64,000 bases of DNA, from NCBI GenBank assembly GCA_001784175.1, contig MFPR01000004.1, positions 124,001 through 188,000 of the forward strand, written 5' to 3'. The translations under genes were made by a program, and so were the position numbers. The stretch comes from Candidatus Lindowbacteria bacterium RIFCSPLOWO2_12_FULL_62_27 (GTDB taxonomy: Bacteria; Lindowbacteria; 2-12-FULL-62-27). Below the pieces are notes generated by a model that saw only the letters and a list, made by a program, of their open reading frames with translations, made no database searches and was not told the origin of the DNA. Positions 18,501-25,862 of the stretch are shown piece by piece; within the stretch, counting starts at the first letter, position 1, and the number at the start of each line of letters is the position of its first letter.

Positions 18501-21120
18501 AGTTATCACCAATGTTGTCCTGGCCGACTTGCCATTCTTCCGTAACACCATTTTTGAAGATTACTGATGCGTGTCTATTCCCCGCATCAGTGTTTTGAAG
18601 TTCAAGAACTGCAAGGTCGCCCTCTGCACGAATGGGTCGAGTAGCGCCTCCGACTATATGGAGTCTCAATGAAGGCGCCGTCGTCCCGATGCCGACGTTG
18701 CCGCTACTTTTTAAAGCAACCAAAACCGTATCGGCTACCACCAGCGAATCCGTGACGTTGATACTGCCCGCGAGTTTCGCGCTGGTCACCGCGCCCGCGG
18801 CGATGCTGTCGCTCGAAATCGCCGCCGTCAAATTCGCCGGAGCGAGACTGCTCGCCGAAATCCCCGTCAACCCCGACCCGCTTCCGCTAAACGTCGTCGC
18901 CGTCACCGTCCCGGCCACGTCCAACTTCGACGCCGGACTCGCCGTCCCGATGCCGACGTTGCCCTGGGTCACGATAAAATCGGTGATGGGTGTTACCTGG
19001 ATTTTGCCAAACGTGTTTGAGATGGTTGCGTCGCTGGTGTCATTCATTTCCAGCGCCAGTTGGCGGCCTGTGGTGCTGAACAGTGTCATACGTCCACCAA
19101 CGACGCCGCTTTTACCGACGCCCAACGGGCCGCCAATACGCGCAACTTCGTTTCCAAGCCCCGAACCGCCGTCGACATCAAGCTTGGCGTTCGGACTCGT
19201 CGTCCCGATGCCGACGTTGCCCGTGTCATTGATGACGAACGTCCCCGACGCGTTGTTCGAAATGACGCGCATCGTGCCGAGGATGTGCATGCTGTCGACG
19301 GGACTCGTCGTTCCGACGCCGACATTGCCGCTGTTGGACCAGGCCAGCGCAATCTTTTCATATCCGCCCCGACGCACGCCCAACGCGCCGGCCGGCGATC
19401 CCAGCCCGTACCCGAACAGGGTGGGGCCATCGATGGTTGCGGCGCTCGAAAGCTTGTTGTAGCCGAGACCATGGAATGTATCTGTGCCGTCTTGGAAAAA
19501 CAGGGTGTTTCCGCTCAACTGAATGTTTCCGCCCGCGATGTCGAGCTTCTCCGACGGCGCCGTCGTCCCGATGCCGATATTGCCGCTACTTTTTAAAGCA
19601 ACCAAAACCGTATCCGCCACCACCAGCGAATCCGTGACGTTGATACTGCCCGCGAGTTTCGCGCTGGTGACTGCGCCCGTGGCGATGCTGTCGCTCGAAA
19701 TCGCCGCCGTCAAATTCGCCGGAGCGAGACTGCTGGCCGAAATCCCCGTCAACCCAGACCCGCTTCCGCTAAACGACGTCGCCGTTACCGTCCCGGCCAC
19801 GTCCAACTTCGCCCCCGGCGTCGTCGTCCCGATGCCGACGTTGCCTGAACTTAACAACGTCATGATGGTGTTGCTCGTCGGATCAAACGCTGCGTGCGCC
19901 AATGAAATATCCAGACGAGTCCTGGAACTTGTGCCGTTGTTCTCATATCGGGACAAATTAAACGCCGCCGCCGCTCCGAATGCTTCCGACGCTTTCCCCT
20001 GGCGGGCGAGCATCAAGGTCGTCTTCGGATCATTCAACGTCGACGTGGCGGTCTGCGATTGATGCACAACCAGGAGTCCGTTTGTATCGTAAACGAAATT
20101 GTTGTCGTCAATGACCTTCAGACCGACTTGCAATTTTGTGCGCGGCGCCGTCGTGCCGATGCCGACGGCCGAATCGTAATAAATGCTGTCGCCACTCGTT
20201 GTCCACTGACTTGAACCGCCGCCACCCGATGCGGTTGTCTGAGTTGTGCCGTCAGGGAATTTGAAGCCGCCCGAGGTCGAATAAACTGTTCCTGCGACTT
20301 CCAACTTCGTCGACGGACTCGTCGTGCCGACGCCGACGTTGCCCGCTTCTGTGATAACCATTTTTGCGTGTTCAGATCCGCCTGGATAACCCACACCCGC
20401 GGCTCTCGTCCAGAATTGTATGGCCGGGTCGCCGCGATTTTCGAGACGAATCAACCTGCCGGGGTTGGCGACATTCTGTGATCTTAAACCGTTGAAATCA
20501 AAATCAACCAGATCAGCGCCGGGATGCGCTTGTATTCCCAGTTGAGAAAGTTGACCCCCAAGGCTCAATTCCGTTACTGGCGCGGTTGTCCCGATGCCGA
20601 CGTTGCCGGTCTGATGATAGACGTCTCCGTTGCCCGCCAGGGTCCAGTGCGTATCCGCGCCGGATGCAATGCCGGTGAGGAGCGATCCGTTTCCGACAAA
20701 CTTGTTCGCCGTCACGGTTTCGGCCACGGTCAGAGCGCCGTAGGCCGTCGCGCCGGTGTCGAGGAATTTGGCGATGAAGGCGTAGGGGGAGGTCGTCAGG
20801 CGAATTTTCGGGGTCATGGCTTCGCCGGCCACGGTCACTTTGAGCCAGTACTGGGTGTCGAACGCGATATTGAGCGGCGAGGTGACGCCCAGCCGCGTGC
20901 TGACGATGCCGTTTGACGGCGTCAGCGTCTGGTTTTCCGGACCCCAGACAGACACGCCGGCGTCATTGAAGATCTCGAAGTCCACGCTCTTGGACGCCAT
21001 GATCCGCGTTCCGACCGAGTCGGTCAGTTCGCCCTGGAAGGAGATATATTTCGGAACGTCCGCTCCTGCGGACAAGCTCCAGAGTAAAACCAGAAACAAA
21101 CCCAATACTGACTTTTTCAT
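15592..21120 (-). CDS. Giant secreted fibre/adhesin-like protein (1842 aa) with ~25 GNVGIGTxxP repeats and a C-terminal intramolecular chaperone (Peptidase_S74-like) plus coiled coil
   Basis: SD GGAGGT, signal peptide MKKSVLGLFL..., N-terminal ISFQGELTD...SPYAF domain, repeats, SDGRLKNVRG...IGLVAQEVKEAIPEAV. Confidence 0.88.
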   Translation of the reverse strand: MKKSVLGLFLVLLWSLSAGADVPKYISFQGELTDSVGTRIMASKSVDFEIFNDAGVSVWGPENQTLTPSNGIVSTRLGVTSPLNIAFDTQYWLKVTVAGEAMTPKIRLTTSPYAFIAKFLDTGATAYGALTVAETVTANKFVGNGSLLTGIASGADTHWTLAGNGDVYHQTGNVGIGTTAPVTELSLGGQLSQLGIQAHPGADLVDFDFNGLRSQNVANPGRLIRLENRGDPAIQFWTRAAGVGYPGGSEHAKMVITEAGNVGVGTTSPSTKLEVAGTVYSTSGGFKFPDGTTQTTASGGGGSSQWTTSGDSIYYDSAVGIGTTAPRTKLQVGLKVIDDNNFVYDTNGLLVVHQSQTATSTLNDPKTTLMLARQGKASEAFGAAAAFNLSRYENNGTSSRTRLDISLAHAAFDPTSNTIMTLLSSGNVGIGTTTPGAKLDVAGTVTATSFSGSGSGLTGISASSLAPANLTAAISSDSIATGAVTSAKLAGSINVTDSLVVADTVLVALKSSGNIGIGTTAPSEKLDIAGGNIQLSGNTLFFQDGTDTFHGLGYNKLSSAATIDGPTLFGYGLGSPAGALGVRRGGYEKIALAWSNSGNVGVGTTSPVDSMHILGTMRVISNNASGTFVINDTGNVGIGTTSPNAKLDVDGGSGLGNEVARIGGPLGVGKSGVVGGRMTLFSTTGRQLALEMNDTSDATISNTFGKIQVTPITDFIVTQGNVGIGTASPASKLDVAGTVTATTFSGSGSGLTGISASSLAPANLTAAISSDSIAAGAVTSAKLAGSINVTDSLVVADTVLVALKSSGNVGIGTTAPSLRLHIVGGATRPIRAEGDLAVLELQNTDAGNRHASVIFKNGVTEEWQVGQDNIGDNSNRFGIRYVPGNPTTEFVSVTTSGNVGIRTMSPSDSLHVAGTVRVTDSMTIGDTVFVANAKSGNVGIGTTNPLRHLHISAGSVEPELLLEKSDQAPDAKIFRLINRGARMEIGTVNDAVTVEQSVVAAFTRTGNVGIGSTTPGTRLDVSGGAHVSDSFAVGGPAGDSLVVLKSGNVGVGTASPNAKFEVNNGQSMFHDGAFTDPHTGTAYDAKFGGPNRGIAVKGISTFNDNVGIGTTAPGDSLHVAGRIQMDTNAAASAADGAIRWSGSDFEGRKAGSWASFTSTGGATPDTDWTMVGGASGNIYKSAGNVGIGTSTPSDSLHVAGTVRVSDSITVGDTVFVVNSKTGNVGIGTTNPGDELHIIGSGAGVYANIKNTTTGTSNTAGVWLERGDQANGHAVLQLATGGETAEEWQIGVRLASDDLHIRDEQSATTRMLIQKTGNVGIGTTAPGDSLHVKGGIISDTLTVGDTFLVVKKSGNVGIGTDAPGYALDVQTSGVNQYVAQFKNTDPSGSSRGLLIDITGGSSASVRPALSIATGGPGTVFEIKASGKVGIGTTSPSDTLHVVGTARVSDSMTVGDTVFTVNSKTGNVGIGTASPASRFHVPGGDVTMDENRWIKFTTPWGDRNVIGSFSNDANQAYTIIRSLDDNSANGSGIDFQNYNGVTVMKIREPGNVGIGTTTPGDSLVVKGGVISDTLTVGDTFLVVKKSSNVGVGTASPSAKLDVAGTAKFSDSVIVSDTVLVVNKQAIRVGIGIASPTGRFQVSDGEIPGNGLDDDNDGNIDELTGQTIVTAAGNVGIGTTSPSTKLEVAGGLVVDSPTLYVDATNNKVGIGTDNPDTTFSVNGGASKVGGGSWATFSDGRLKNVRGDFKAGATELMKLNPVRYQYKSDNPVGIRDGAEHIGLVAQEVKEAIPEAVESNNKGYLMLNNDPIIFAMLNAFKEQQARIQAQDQRIAELQSQIDSMKDK

Positions 21121-21179
21121 GTTACGTGACCTCCCCAGGTCGTTTAATCCTCGACGCCGCGATGCGGCGGAAGTAACAC

Positions 21180-21261
21180 TCAATATTCAACACTCAATTC
21201 TCAATTCTCAAAGTTTTCAAACTTGAAAATTGAGTATTGAATGTTGAGTGTTGAGTGTTGA
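21180..21261. repeat. Heptamer-repeat inverted hairpin (TCAAnnn)n / (TTGAnnn)n
   Basis: tcaatat tcaacac tcaattc tcaattc ... ttgagta ttgaatg ttgagtg ttgagtg; a related copy lies at 15520-15576. Confidence 0.8.
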
Positions 21262-21267
21262 TTTTTT

Positions 21268-23286
21268 TCATCTCACGATCGCCATCTTGTCCACGATCTT
21301 GTTTCCGCCGCTTTGCAGGATGTAGACGTACACGCCCGATCCGAGTTTCTGGCCGTGTTTGTTCGTCGTGTCCCACGTGAGCGTGTTCGGCCCCGCCGCG
21401 CCGGGGGCCGCGAGTTCTTTGACGAGCCGGCCGGCCACGTCGAATATTTTCAGCGTCACGTCGGCGGCGGATTGCAGACTGTATTTGAAGGTCATGGCGC
21501 CCGCCGGGTCCGGACCCGGGTTCGGATACACGAACGTGTTTTCCTTCGAGAGCGGGGCGGCCAGATACGCGGTCAAATATTCGGGCGTGCCGACGACCAC
21601 GGTCAGGGTGATTGCGGATTCCAGAACCAGTGAGGAGGACTGGCGCATATTCACAGGACCGGCCGGGCCGCCGATCAGGTACGCCTCGTAGCCGTCCGGA
21701 AGGCCGGCCGCGTCCCATTTGAGGGTCGCGCTCTTTACGCCGGCCGGCGACGTGACAACTACCGGCCACGCCGTCGCGGTCTTCACCGGCGACGCGATGC
21801 TGGCGGCGTAATATTTCCCCCCACCCCCACCCTCCCCCACAAGAGGGGAGGGAGTGGAACGCGCTTCGCCAACCCACACTTGCATGTCTCCCATCATTCC
21901 CGGCGCCTTCCAGAGGTCGTTGGCGTCTTCTCCGTCCGACGCCGCCGGCGCGACGCCCAAAAACGCGTACTCGTCCCGGATTTCCGGAACGTCGCTGTAG
22001 GCCATCAGGCGGAGGCGCCAGTTCGAAACTGAACCCCCCCCTGCCCCCCCTTCAAAAGGGGGGGTGTAAACCGGGGACTGTTGTTTCACCGGCATCGTCT
22101 GCGGCAGGCGCTTGGTTGGATAATACACGATCGAGCAGGAGGCGTTCGCCTTCACCCAGAAGCCCACCCACGGTTTCAGTTGCACGGCCGTTTCGCTCGC
22201 CGCGAAGGGATTGACGTACTGCTCGGCGGTCTGCGAGCGCCACTGGAGGCGCGTGTCGATCGTTGCGGCCATCTGCGCCGGCGTCAGGGCGCGAAGCGTG
22301 ATCGGGCCCGGCGGGCCGTTCAGATTCGTGTCGACCGCCACGTCGTCCAGCCAGTCGATGAAGTGCGTGAAGGGATTTCCGATCATGTTGGCGCCGCTGT
22401 CGAGCCGCACGCTGAATGCGCCTGTCACCGCCGACGGTGAGCCTGCCAACCCCACGCTCGTGGCGCCGCTCGATCGGAACCAATAGGCCCGGCCGCTCTC
22501 ATATTGTGAAAACGTCCCGTTGGCCGACACGTGGGTCGATTCGGGCTGATTGCCGACCGACTTGTATCGGTTGAACGTCGCGTGCGCCGAGGCCAGCGTC
22601 GGGTCGTAGGAATACGAGATGGGCGTGCCGCCGTAGGACAACTGATTGAGGCCCGTCAAGGACGTGTCGGGCTTGCGAAACGGCGCGATCATCACCCACT
22701 TGCTCTTGGGCGTCTCCGTCGGATGCGCGGGCACCCGCCGCTTGTCCATCATCACCACAAATACGGCCCGGGCGGCCGACCGCTCCGCCGTGATGACGTA
22801 GGCGCCGTCCCCGCTCGAAAGCGAGACTGACTTGCTGATCCGCCCCGCCGTGTCGGACGTGGCCGAGTCGGTCGCCACCTGCGATCCTTCGTATTCGACC
22901 GTGAAGGTGACGGCGGCGTTGGGCGTAAGCCCGCCGTTGGAGGAATCCTTCACATCCAAAACGAGCGTGACGAATCCGCCGCCGGTTCCGACCAGATGCG
23001 CGTCGCCCACGATCACGAGCGAGTCGCCCACCGTGCCGACGGGCGCCACATGGCGGAAATAAAAGAGGCCGGTGTTGAGGACGTAGGAGGCGCCGGCGAG
23101 CGTGTCCGTGCCGGTTTGGCCGACCGAGGCGAGGAGGTTGTAGCTGGGCGAGGAGAGGGTGTCACCGCCGGTGGAGATCACGGGTTCGGTGATCTGGTGG
23201 ACAGTGGACGAAAGGACCGCGTATGCGATGAGACCGAGGGCGGCGATCAGGATCAGGGCAAGACCGAGACGCTTTTGCCTGGTCAT
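21268..23286 (-). CDS. Secreted/surface protein with Ig-like domains and C-terminal FlgD-Ig / secretion-tail-like domain
   Basis: Signal peptide from MTRQKRLG; C-terminal FVYPNP...VTLKIFDVAGRLVKEL...WDTTNKHGQKLGSGVYVYIL...KMAIVR. Confidence 0.85.
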   Translation of the reverse strand: MTRQKRLGLALILIAALGLIAYAVLSSTVHQITEPVISTGGDTLSSPSYNLLASVGQTGTDTLAGASYVLNTGLFYFRHVAPVGTVGDSLVIVGDAHLVGTGGGFVTLVLDVKDSSNGGLTPNAAVTFTVEYEGSQVATDSATSDTAGRISKSVSLSSGDGAYVITAERSAARAVFVVMMDKRRVPAHPTETPKSKWVMIAPFRKPDTSLTGLNQLSYGGTPISYSYDPTLASAHATFNRYKSVGNQPESTHVSANGTFSQYESGRAYWFRSSGATSVGLAGSPSAVTGAFSVRLDSGANMIGNPFTHFIDWLDDVAVDTNLNGPPGPITLRALTPAQMAATIDTRLQWRSQTAEQYVNPFAASETAVQLKPWVGFWVKANASCSIVYYPTKRLPQTMPVKQQSPVYTPPFEGGAGGGSVSNWRLRLMAYSDVPEIRDEYAFLGVAPAASDGEDANDLWKAPGMMGDMQVWVGEARSTPSPLVGEGGGGGKYYAASIASPVKTATAWPVVVTSPAGVKSATLKWDAAGLPDGYEAYLIGGPAGPVNMRQSSSLVLESAITLTVVVGTPEYLTAYLAAPLSKENTFVYPNPGPDPAGAMTFKYSLQSAADVTLKIFDVAGRLVKELAAPGAAGPNTLTWDTTNKHGQKLGSGVYVYILQSGGNKIVDKMAIVR

Positions 23287-23452
23287 GACAAAGCTCCGCC
23301 GCTGAGCGGGCCGGCGTCGGAGACGCCGGCACCTGGGACGCCGGAGGCGCTGACCCGACAAACGATCTGGGACTTCCCTCTAAAACCCAGAGACTGTGTT
23401 TGTATTGTATGCATTACACCCCGTCCAATGGAGCGAAATTTTACTTGGGTGA

Positions 23453-23480
23453 ATAGTACTTCATGGGATGAGAATGTCAA
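23453..23480 (-). promoter_or_regulatory. Candidate sigma70 promoter for the fibre operon
   Basis: TTGACA-N16-TACTAT on the minus strand. Confidence 0.45.
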
Positions 23481-23558
23481 ACATATATTGATATTGATGG
23501 AGAAAGGCGAAGTGAGACCCCCCTTTGTCCCCCCTTTTCAAGGGGGGAAAAAACGGAT

Positions 23559-25430
23559 CTAAACCTGCCTCGTGCGGCCCGGCAAAAGTGGCGCGGCCGG
23601 ATGACGCGCGGGCGGGGCGACGTGGGCGCCGATGCCGCCGGGGCGGGACAGGGCGAATTCGGCGGCGCGGCGGGCGAAGAAATCCTGTTCGGCGCGGGCG
23701 CGGCGGCGGAGCAGATCCTGGACGTGCGGGCGGCGGAGGCGGCTGAGGAGCAGGTAGAGATATTTCCGGACGCTCGCGTACTTTTCGACGCGGGCCGCGA
23801 GGAAGAGCGAATCCGCGGGGATCAGATCGTAGCGGTCGATGCGGATGAGGGCTTCGAGCGCGGCGAGCCTGAGGAGGAGCGGGTATCCGGGATGGGCCGC
23901 GCGCCAGAGCGCGGGGACGGCCCGGAGGGCGCCGAGTTCGCCCAAGGCCCAGGCCGCGCGGATGCGGACGAGGAGCGCGCGGCGGGAAAAGAGGCACTCG
24001 AGGAACCGGTTGACGGCGTTGGGGTCGGACAAAAGCGCGGTGGCGGAGACCGAGGGTTCGAGGGCCCACGGAAAGTCGAGGCATTTCTGGAAGCGGGCGG
24101 CGAGAGGGGCGCAATTATATATGGAGAGGCGGGTGGCGTAAAAGCGGAGCCTGAAGAGCGCGGGCTTGAGTTTGCGCGCGTCGGCCTTGTGGCTGAAGGC
24201 GACGCTCCGAAAGGCCGACGAAAAGCCGTTCGAGAGAGCGGCGCGGAGCCCGCGGATGGTTCGCGCGAAATCCGGATTGGCGCGGAGCAGTTGCCGGCCC
24301 CATCCGTGCGCGGAAGAATAGGGGTCCTTGAGGTTGAGCCGAGGGAATTTCAAATGAAAGTAACTGTTCCACGGATCGTTGAGCGGGCGGCGGCCGCGGA
24401 GCGTAAGGAAATTCTGTGCGAGCCAGTCGGTCGAAACGAAAATGCCGGCGGCCCGGAGGCCCTGAACGTAGGCGCGGAGCGTCAGCGTCGGATACCGCGC
24501 ATAGAGGCGCAGATAATCAGGCGGCACGTGGTAGAGCGTGCGCGCGATGCGGTCAAAATCGTGGGCCAAGCCGACCCATCCGGCGGGGCTGCAGGCGCCG
24601 TCGAAGGCGCGGGAGGACGGGCCGATCTCGGCCTTGCCGAAATGGGTCGGGAGGCCAAACCGCGACCAGAGGGTTTTGCGGAGGCCGTTGAATGTGTTTT
24701 GAATCTCGCGGCGGTCGGCGCCGAAGAGGAACATGTCGTCGACGTAGCGATGGTACCGGCCGCGGAGTTTCCATCCGTTGAGGAGTTCGTGGTCGAAGGG
24801 CGTGAGATACGCGTTGGCCAGAACGCCCGAGATGGTGGGGCCGGCCGGAAGGTCCATGCCGTCATTGAGGATGAGCGACCGGAACGCGGTGAAGAGCGGA
24901 TCTTTGGGAAGCATCCCGCCGAGGGTTTCGATAAGCTGGCCGCGCCGGACGTGCGGGTAAAACTTGCGGACGTCGGTTTTGACGTAATACCGGTACCGGC
25001 CCGCCGCGCGGCGCGCGGACTGCTCAAATTGTCCCCAGGAGGACCGCCAGTCGAGGAAGAGCCGGTCGGAGGAGTGGATGCCGGCGAGCCGGTTGCCGCA
25101 GGAGACGCGGCCGAACCGGTCCATCGCGCGTTCGAGGGGCTCGCGCGCGGCGAGAATCAGTGCGACCGCGGCGACTTCGTCCTTGAAATTCCGGTACGCG
25201 TACGGCCGGTCCTCGCCGGGTTTTTTGGGGATCGGAAACCGCAGGATGGGGCTCCAGCGGTATCCGCGCCGGATGTGATCGGCGACCCTCCGCAGGTTAT
25301 CCCAGAGGCGCCATTCGAAGAGGCGGACCTCGATGGTGTCGTAGTAGGGCGACTCCCACTGCCACTGGCGCGCCTTGAGAAAGGCGGCGTAGAGGATGCG
25401 GAGGTCGGCGGCGCGGTCTAAAAGGTTTAT
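23559..25430 (-). CDS. Reverse transcriptase (UG/Abi-like) with C-terminal HEAT-like repeats; probable ATA start
   Basis: RT motifs FE..L.DNL...IPKKPGEDRP, KTDVRKFYPHV, LPAGPTISGVLANAYL, YHRYVDDM; C-terminal VRIRAAWALGELG..AVPAL, LRLAALEAL. The frame is open with RT-like sequence for 102 codons upstream of the ORF-track ATG (25124). Confidence 0.88.
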   Translation of the reverse strand: MNLLDRAADLRILYAAFLKARQWQWESPYYDTIEVRLFEWRLWDNLRRVADHIRRGYRWSPILRFPIPKKPGEDRPYAYRNFKDEVAAVALILAAREPLERAMDRFGRVSCGNRLAGIHSSDRLFLDWRSSWGQFEQSARRAAGRYRYYVKTDVRKFYPHVRRGQLIETLGGMLPKDPLFTAFRSLILNDGMDLPAGPTISGVLANAYLTPFDHELLNGWKLRGRYHRYVDDMFLFGADRREIQNTFNGLRKTLWSRFGLPTHFGKAEIGPSSRAFDGACSPAGWVGLAHDFDRIARTLYHVPPDYLRLYARYPTLTLRAYVQGLRAAGIFVSTDWLAQNFLTLRGRRPLNDPWNSYFHLKFPRLNLKDPYSSAHGWGRQLLRANPDFARTIRGLRAALSNGFSSAFRSVAFSHKADARKLKPALFRLRFYATRLSIYNCAPLAARFQKCLDFPWALEPSVSATALLSDPNAVNRFLECLFSRRALLVRIRAAWALGELGALRAVPALWRAAHPGYPLLLRLAALEALIRIDRYDLIPADSLFLAARVEKYASVRKYLYLLLSRLRRPHVQDLLRRRARAEQDFFARRAAEFALSRPGGIGAHVAPPARHPAAPLLPGRTRQV

Positions 25431-25846
25431 GATGGCCGGCGGCGGGTGCGGGTGCGGACCGTCCGAGTGGCTTTGAGGATGGCGGCCGGAGAAAACGCCT
25501 CCTCGAAATCGAAGACGTTGCTGAAATCGGCGAGCGTGTCCTCGTCGGTCTTGGTCATTTTTCCCGCGTCCACGAGCGCAAATACGATCCGGCCGATGGT
25601 TTCCGTGGAGTCGATGCCCCAGGCGTTCAGGACCTCCCTGACCATCAGGCCGTACTCGCGCGCGGCGAGGTCCCGGACGGCCTTGCAGAGTTCCTGTCCG
25701 GAGATATGCCGCCGCTGTCGGAGGCCGCGGAGGCTCGTGTCGAGGGCGGAGAGAACGAATCCCAGCGCCTGGGGGCGGACGATCCCGCCGAGAGCCTCGT
25801 TGGCGATTTTTTCAAGTTCCTCGTATGCGCTCGTCTGTTTTTTCAT
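25427..25846 (-). CDS. Minf_1886-family conserved hypothetical protein (Planctomycetes/Verrucomicrobia type)
   Basis: HISGQELC...YGLM...VLNAWGI.ST..IG.IVFALVDAG.M.KT.ED...DF..VFDF motif string. Confidence 0.8.
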   Translation of the reverse strand: MKKQTSAYEELEKIANEALGGIVRPQALGFVLSALDTSLRGLRQRRHISGQELCKAVRDLAAREYGLMVREVLNAWGIDSTETIGRIVFALVDAGKMTKTDEDTLADFSNVFDFEEAFSPAAILKATRTVRTRTRRRPS

Positions 25847-25862
25847 TTCGGATTTATATATC

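Noticed and set aside
18674-19845. Possible DGR template/variable repeat pair (two ~290-bp near-identical blocks near an RT)
   Set aside because: Mismatches are mostly synonymous and involve all bases, not adenine-specific. Both copies are in-frame in one gene, and the RT lacks DGR motifs and an avd partner.
15592-21120. Prophage tail gene or CRISPR-like repeat-spacer array
   Set aside because: No phage structural, packaging or integrase genes nearby; it has a signal peptide; repeats are in-frame with long, irregular spacing.
23559-25430. RT as retron or group II intron
   Set aside because: No NAxxH or VTG motifs, no room for msr/msd upstream (it overlaps a gene), and no maturase/En domain or domain V-like 3' structure.
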